NCBI GenBank assembly: GCA_051294905.1
Contig: CM119379.1
Span: forward strand, 14,570,001 to 14,634,000
Source of the DNA: Botryllus schlosseri
Taxonomy: Eukaryota
Direction: 5' to 3'
DNA length: 64,000 nucleotides
Part shown: piece by piece, positions 60,898 through 64,000 of the stretch
Layout of the letters: the number at the start of each line of letters is the position of its first letter
How positions within the stretch are numbered: position 1 is the stretch's first letter
Notes under the pieces: generated by a model
Database searches by the model: none
What the model was told of the DNA's origin: nothing
The model's input: the letters and a program-made list of their open reading frames with translations, nothing else
Translations under genes and position numbers: made by a program

Positions 60898-63800
60898 GTA
60901 ATCATAATAGGAAGAACCATTAAAATTGGGGCCAGCACAAATCAGCAACGAAGTTCATGGCACAGTAGTACCATTCACTGTTGTTCACCATGTCAACATG
61001 CATCGTTAAAAAGTTCGGCAAATCTATTGAGATTAGCCATCAGCAACTACTGAGCCCTACTGTGGGTGGGCCACCTGGAAGAATCCAACACACGCTTGCA
61101 TAAAGGGTAGATACCGTCTCTAAAGGTGTAGTGCAGTTGAGAAAAATAAACTCATGTAACCCTAATCGAGTTTATCAAAAGGTATTATTATGATCGTGGT
61201 CTGTTAAGGCTACTTTTCCCAATTGTCCACCGTCCACTCACAACGACTGTTGCTATATTGCTGAGGTCCGCGGGATACATTTGAATGTCCATTTATTCTG
61301 ATGCATGGCATTCCTTTTCGCTATGAAAAGGCTATATCATGCGAACATACGGCTGCAAGGCAGGCAGAATGTCCGACACAAGGCCCGCAACGTAATGCCG
61401 CGTAAATAGAAATATGCTACTATTATACAGCACAATCGACATTAGTCTGTGACAGCAATATATCGAGAAGGGCGCCAAGGGCGCAAAACACATGCAGTGT
61501 GAAGGAAAAAATGACCAAAAAGATAAAATCATTTACGGAGGCGCAAACGTCTTGGCGAAACCGCTGTATGTACGATACGGTGCTAAAATGATATAGTGCA
61601 AATATCTGTGGTCACATAGCTATATAACCAGACTGGATAGTTGTCAGCCGTACAAAGCTATTTGGTCGAATTATATTCCTAAAATGCGCACATTAATAGT
61701 ATGTCCGTTGACGTAAAAATAACGTCTTCTTATCTCCCACTATTTCTCGTATGGTGAGTAAATTCAGTGCGGTGGTTTGACAACTGCGTTTTGTCGATTA
61801 GAAATTACTAATCCGTAGAATCCGCGTTTACAGCTAAATATATTATATTCCCCTCAACGCGTACGCAGCCGCACAAGCCGCTCACCACGAACTAAACAAA
61901 AAAGGATATAAATATATTGCCTACTTATATCGTCGTGACCCCCGGGTTAAGAGTCACTTTTTAGCGATTTTTAACTATATTCAATCGGTCAATCATCGTA
62001 TTTACCAATTCATTGTTTGCGAATAAGGATGTTGCTAGAACAGTGAACTAATTATCCGTACTATTATAAATTATGTATACAGGTTTGATAATGAAGCGTC
62101 CCAGTGGACGAAAAAAAAATTGGTGGTAACATTTTGAATGGTCCGGCCGCGACCCGAATTGATTTTGGCATCTCTGATGTAAGGTTTATAGGTAGGTTAG
62201 TCCGATTACACGGTGCTCGAATTGATTCGATCGTTTACCGGAACAAAGGAGTAGTTACAGAAAAGTCATTACAGTCGAATTGCTGCCCTGCTACACGTCC
62301 GAGAATCGTCGCAATGTTCTTAGGAGAAAATTACCAGATCAGCTTCTAAACATGATAAGACTCCCAACATTGCACGCAGTGAAGAAAGCGAAGTAAAATT
62401 ACAAGCGAGTCACAAAATGAAGCACGGTATTGTTACACCACAATCATTTCAGGCTTTTATGCCAACAGTCCGCTTACGCGTCATTGGTGTTAACTAAACG
62501 GCCTTATTTAGTAATCCCAAACTTACGTTGTTAAACGCAGATTGAATATTTTGAGTTACTTTCAATCATAAAGCGCCGTCTCGACGGTAATTCACCAATG
62601 ATTTCTACGCTATTCGGCGAGAGCCGCAGAAAACCTAGCTGCGTGTACCACTGCTCTCTGGGTTACTTCTACTTGATATCCAACGATCACTGCTTTGACC
62701 ACCAGGTGCAGACTTACACCGCAAAACCTTTGCGATGTTCTTCAAATATATCATCAGAATTTCCGGCGTGGTCTATTTTTTAGAAGATGCTGACAGTATC
62801 GGTGTACCCATCGACAGGTGCCGCACAGCGTTAATAACAGAACGGTGTTATGTCTGTTAGTATATTCAGACACGGGAGATGGACAATGGACATGCACAGG
62901 GAAGCCATTTTTTCACCGCGATTAGCAGATTGAAATTCCCAATTTCAGCTGTCGAGTCTCATACATTTGGGGTAATCAAATATTGGGTGACTTTTGATTT
63001 TGAAGGATAACCGGGCCTGTGAAATTTGTTTCGAAATTTTACCGCCCCCCAAGCTAAAAATGTCAAGAACTACCGATCTCAAGTACTGATTAACGCGAAA
63101 ATTGCGCCTACACAGCATTGTCCTCAATCAAAAACGAGCCCTCCTCCAACCTCGAAACAGTAAGTGCCGACCTATTTCAAACGATTCCAATGAAAATAAT
63201 CCAAACCGCGATGGCAACTTCTAATGAGGCGCCCTTGTTAACCACATCCGAAACGGCTTATCGCAATAAACTTATAACGTGGCGCTAACGCAGATAACGT
63301 TAACGTCAACACCCCGATAAATCAAGGTCCGCCGGACACTTGAACACAGGGATCGCATGGCATTACAGCGACAGGACATGTCCCTTAAAGCGCGGAGCAA
63401 TCGTCGGTTATCCGCGGGTAGTTCGCGAGCGGCCGGGATTCACGCGCCGATAGCAATTAGACCGAGCGGAACGCGTCATTAGAAGATATGATCGCGTTTC
63501 GACCGCGTTACTCGATGAGCATTGCGATGAGATCTGGGGTAATGAGATGTTATTGGATTGGGCGATATGATTTCGCGGCGGTAACTAAACAGACGCACGG
63601 GAAATTTGATAGCGCCAGTCGAGAAAAATAGTCGTAAATCATACAGAAGTCGGGTCTGTGACACGCCTGGCAATGCCAGATGACACCTGTATCAAGCTAG
63701 TGGCATCGGTTTCGACGTGTACGACGGTGTCAAAGTGACCGAAACAGCCATATATCCTGCAGCACGGATTAAGCCTTGAAATTACCGCTCAAAACACACC

Positions 63801-64000
63801 AATAATAACCTGAGGTGGTTAGTAACGAAGCACTTGTGCTTCTTCGGAATATTCAAGTAGGTTTCGCCTGCTTGCTGCGCTTACTAGAGCGATTGTTTTA
63901 TTAAACTACTTCCAATTCTGCTCATCAGTTTTCGTTTTTCAGACCAAATAATGCCAGAATACTTTCTTGGATATCTCTATACTTCTACGTGAAGTTAATA

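Overview
This is eukaryotic (metazoan) genomic DNA of roughly 40% GC, not a prokaryotic locus. I can reconstruct only one protein-coding gene: a spliced minus-strand mex-3 orthologue (two KH domains plus a C-terminal C3HC4 RING) at 52974-55731. It has six tiny introns (58-76 nt) and a probable extra 5' coding exon. The tiny introns and repeat landscape suggest a marine invertebrate, possibly a tunicate, where this gene is known as pem-3; the organism is my inference. The 52 kb downstream of mex-3 is a gene-poor stretch full of non-autonomous hAT and Tc1/mariner-type elements, foldback elements, tRNA-derived SINEs and decayed LINE fragments. Many have intact target-site duplications (TSDs) and are nested. 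The most interesting signals are: (i) the mex-3 5' end, with two acceptors 32 nt apart that switch between an N-extended protein and uORF plus short protein, an intronic CCAAT/TATA promoter, and a uORF whose stop abuts the start codon; (ii) a GRLG loop in place of GRQG in KH1 and a stop-free in-frame intron between the KH domains; (iii) a TSD-element-TSD-element-TSD hAT dimer; (iv) tiny perfect hairpins flanked by direct repeats, one made only of hAT-like termini; (v) an internal GACC-T(n)-AGTCA module shared by elements with different terminal repeats. All alignments were done by eye and no database searches were run.
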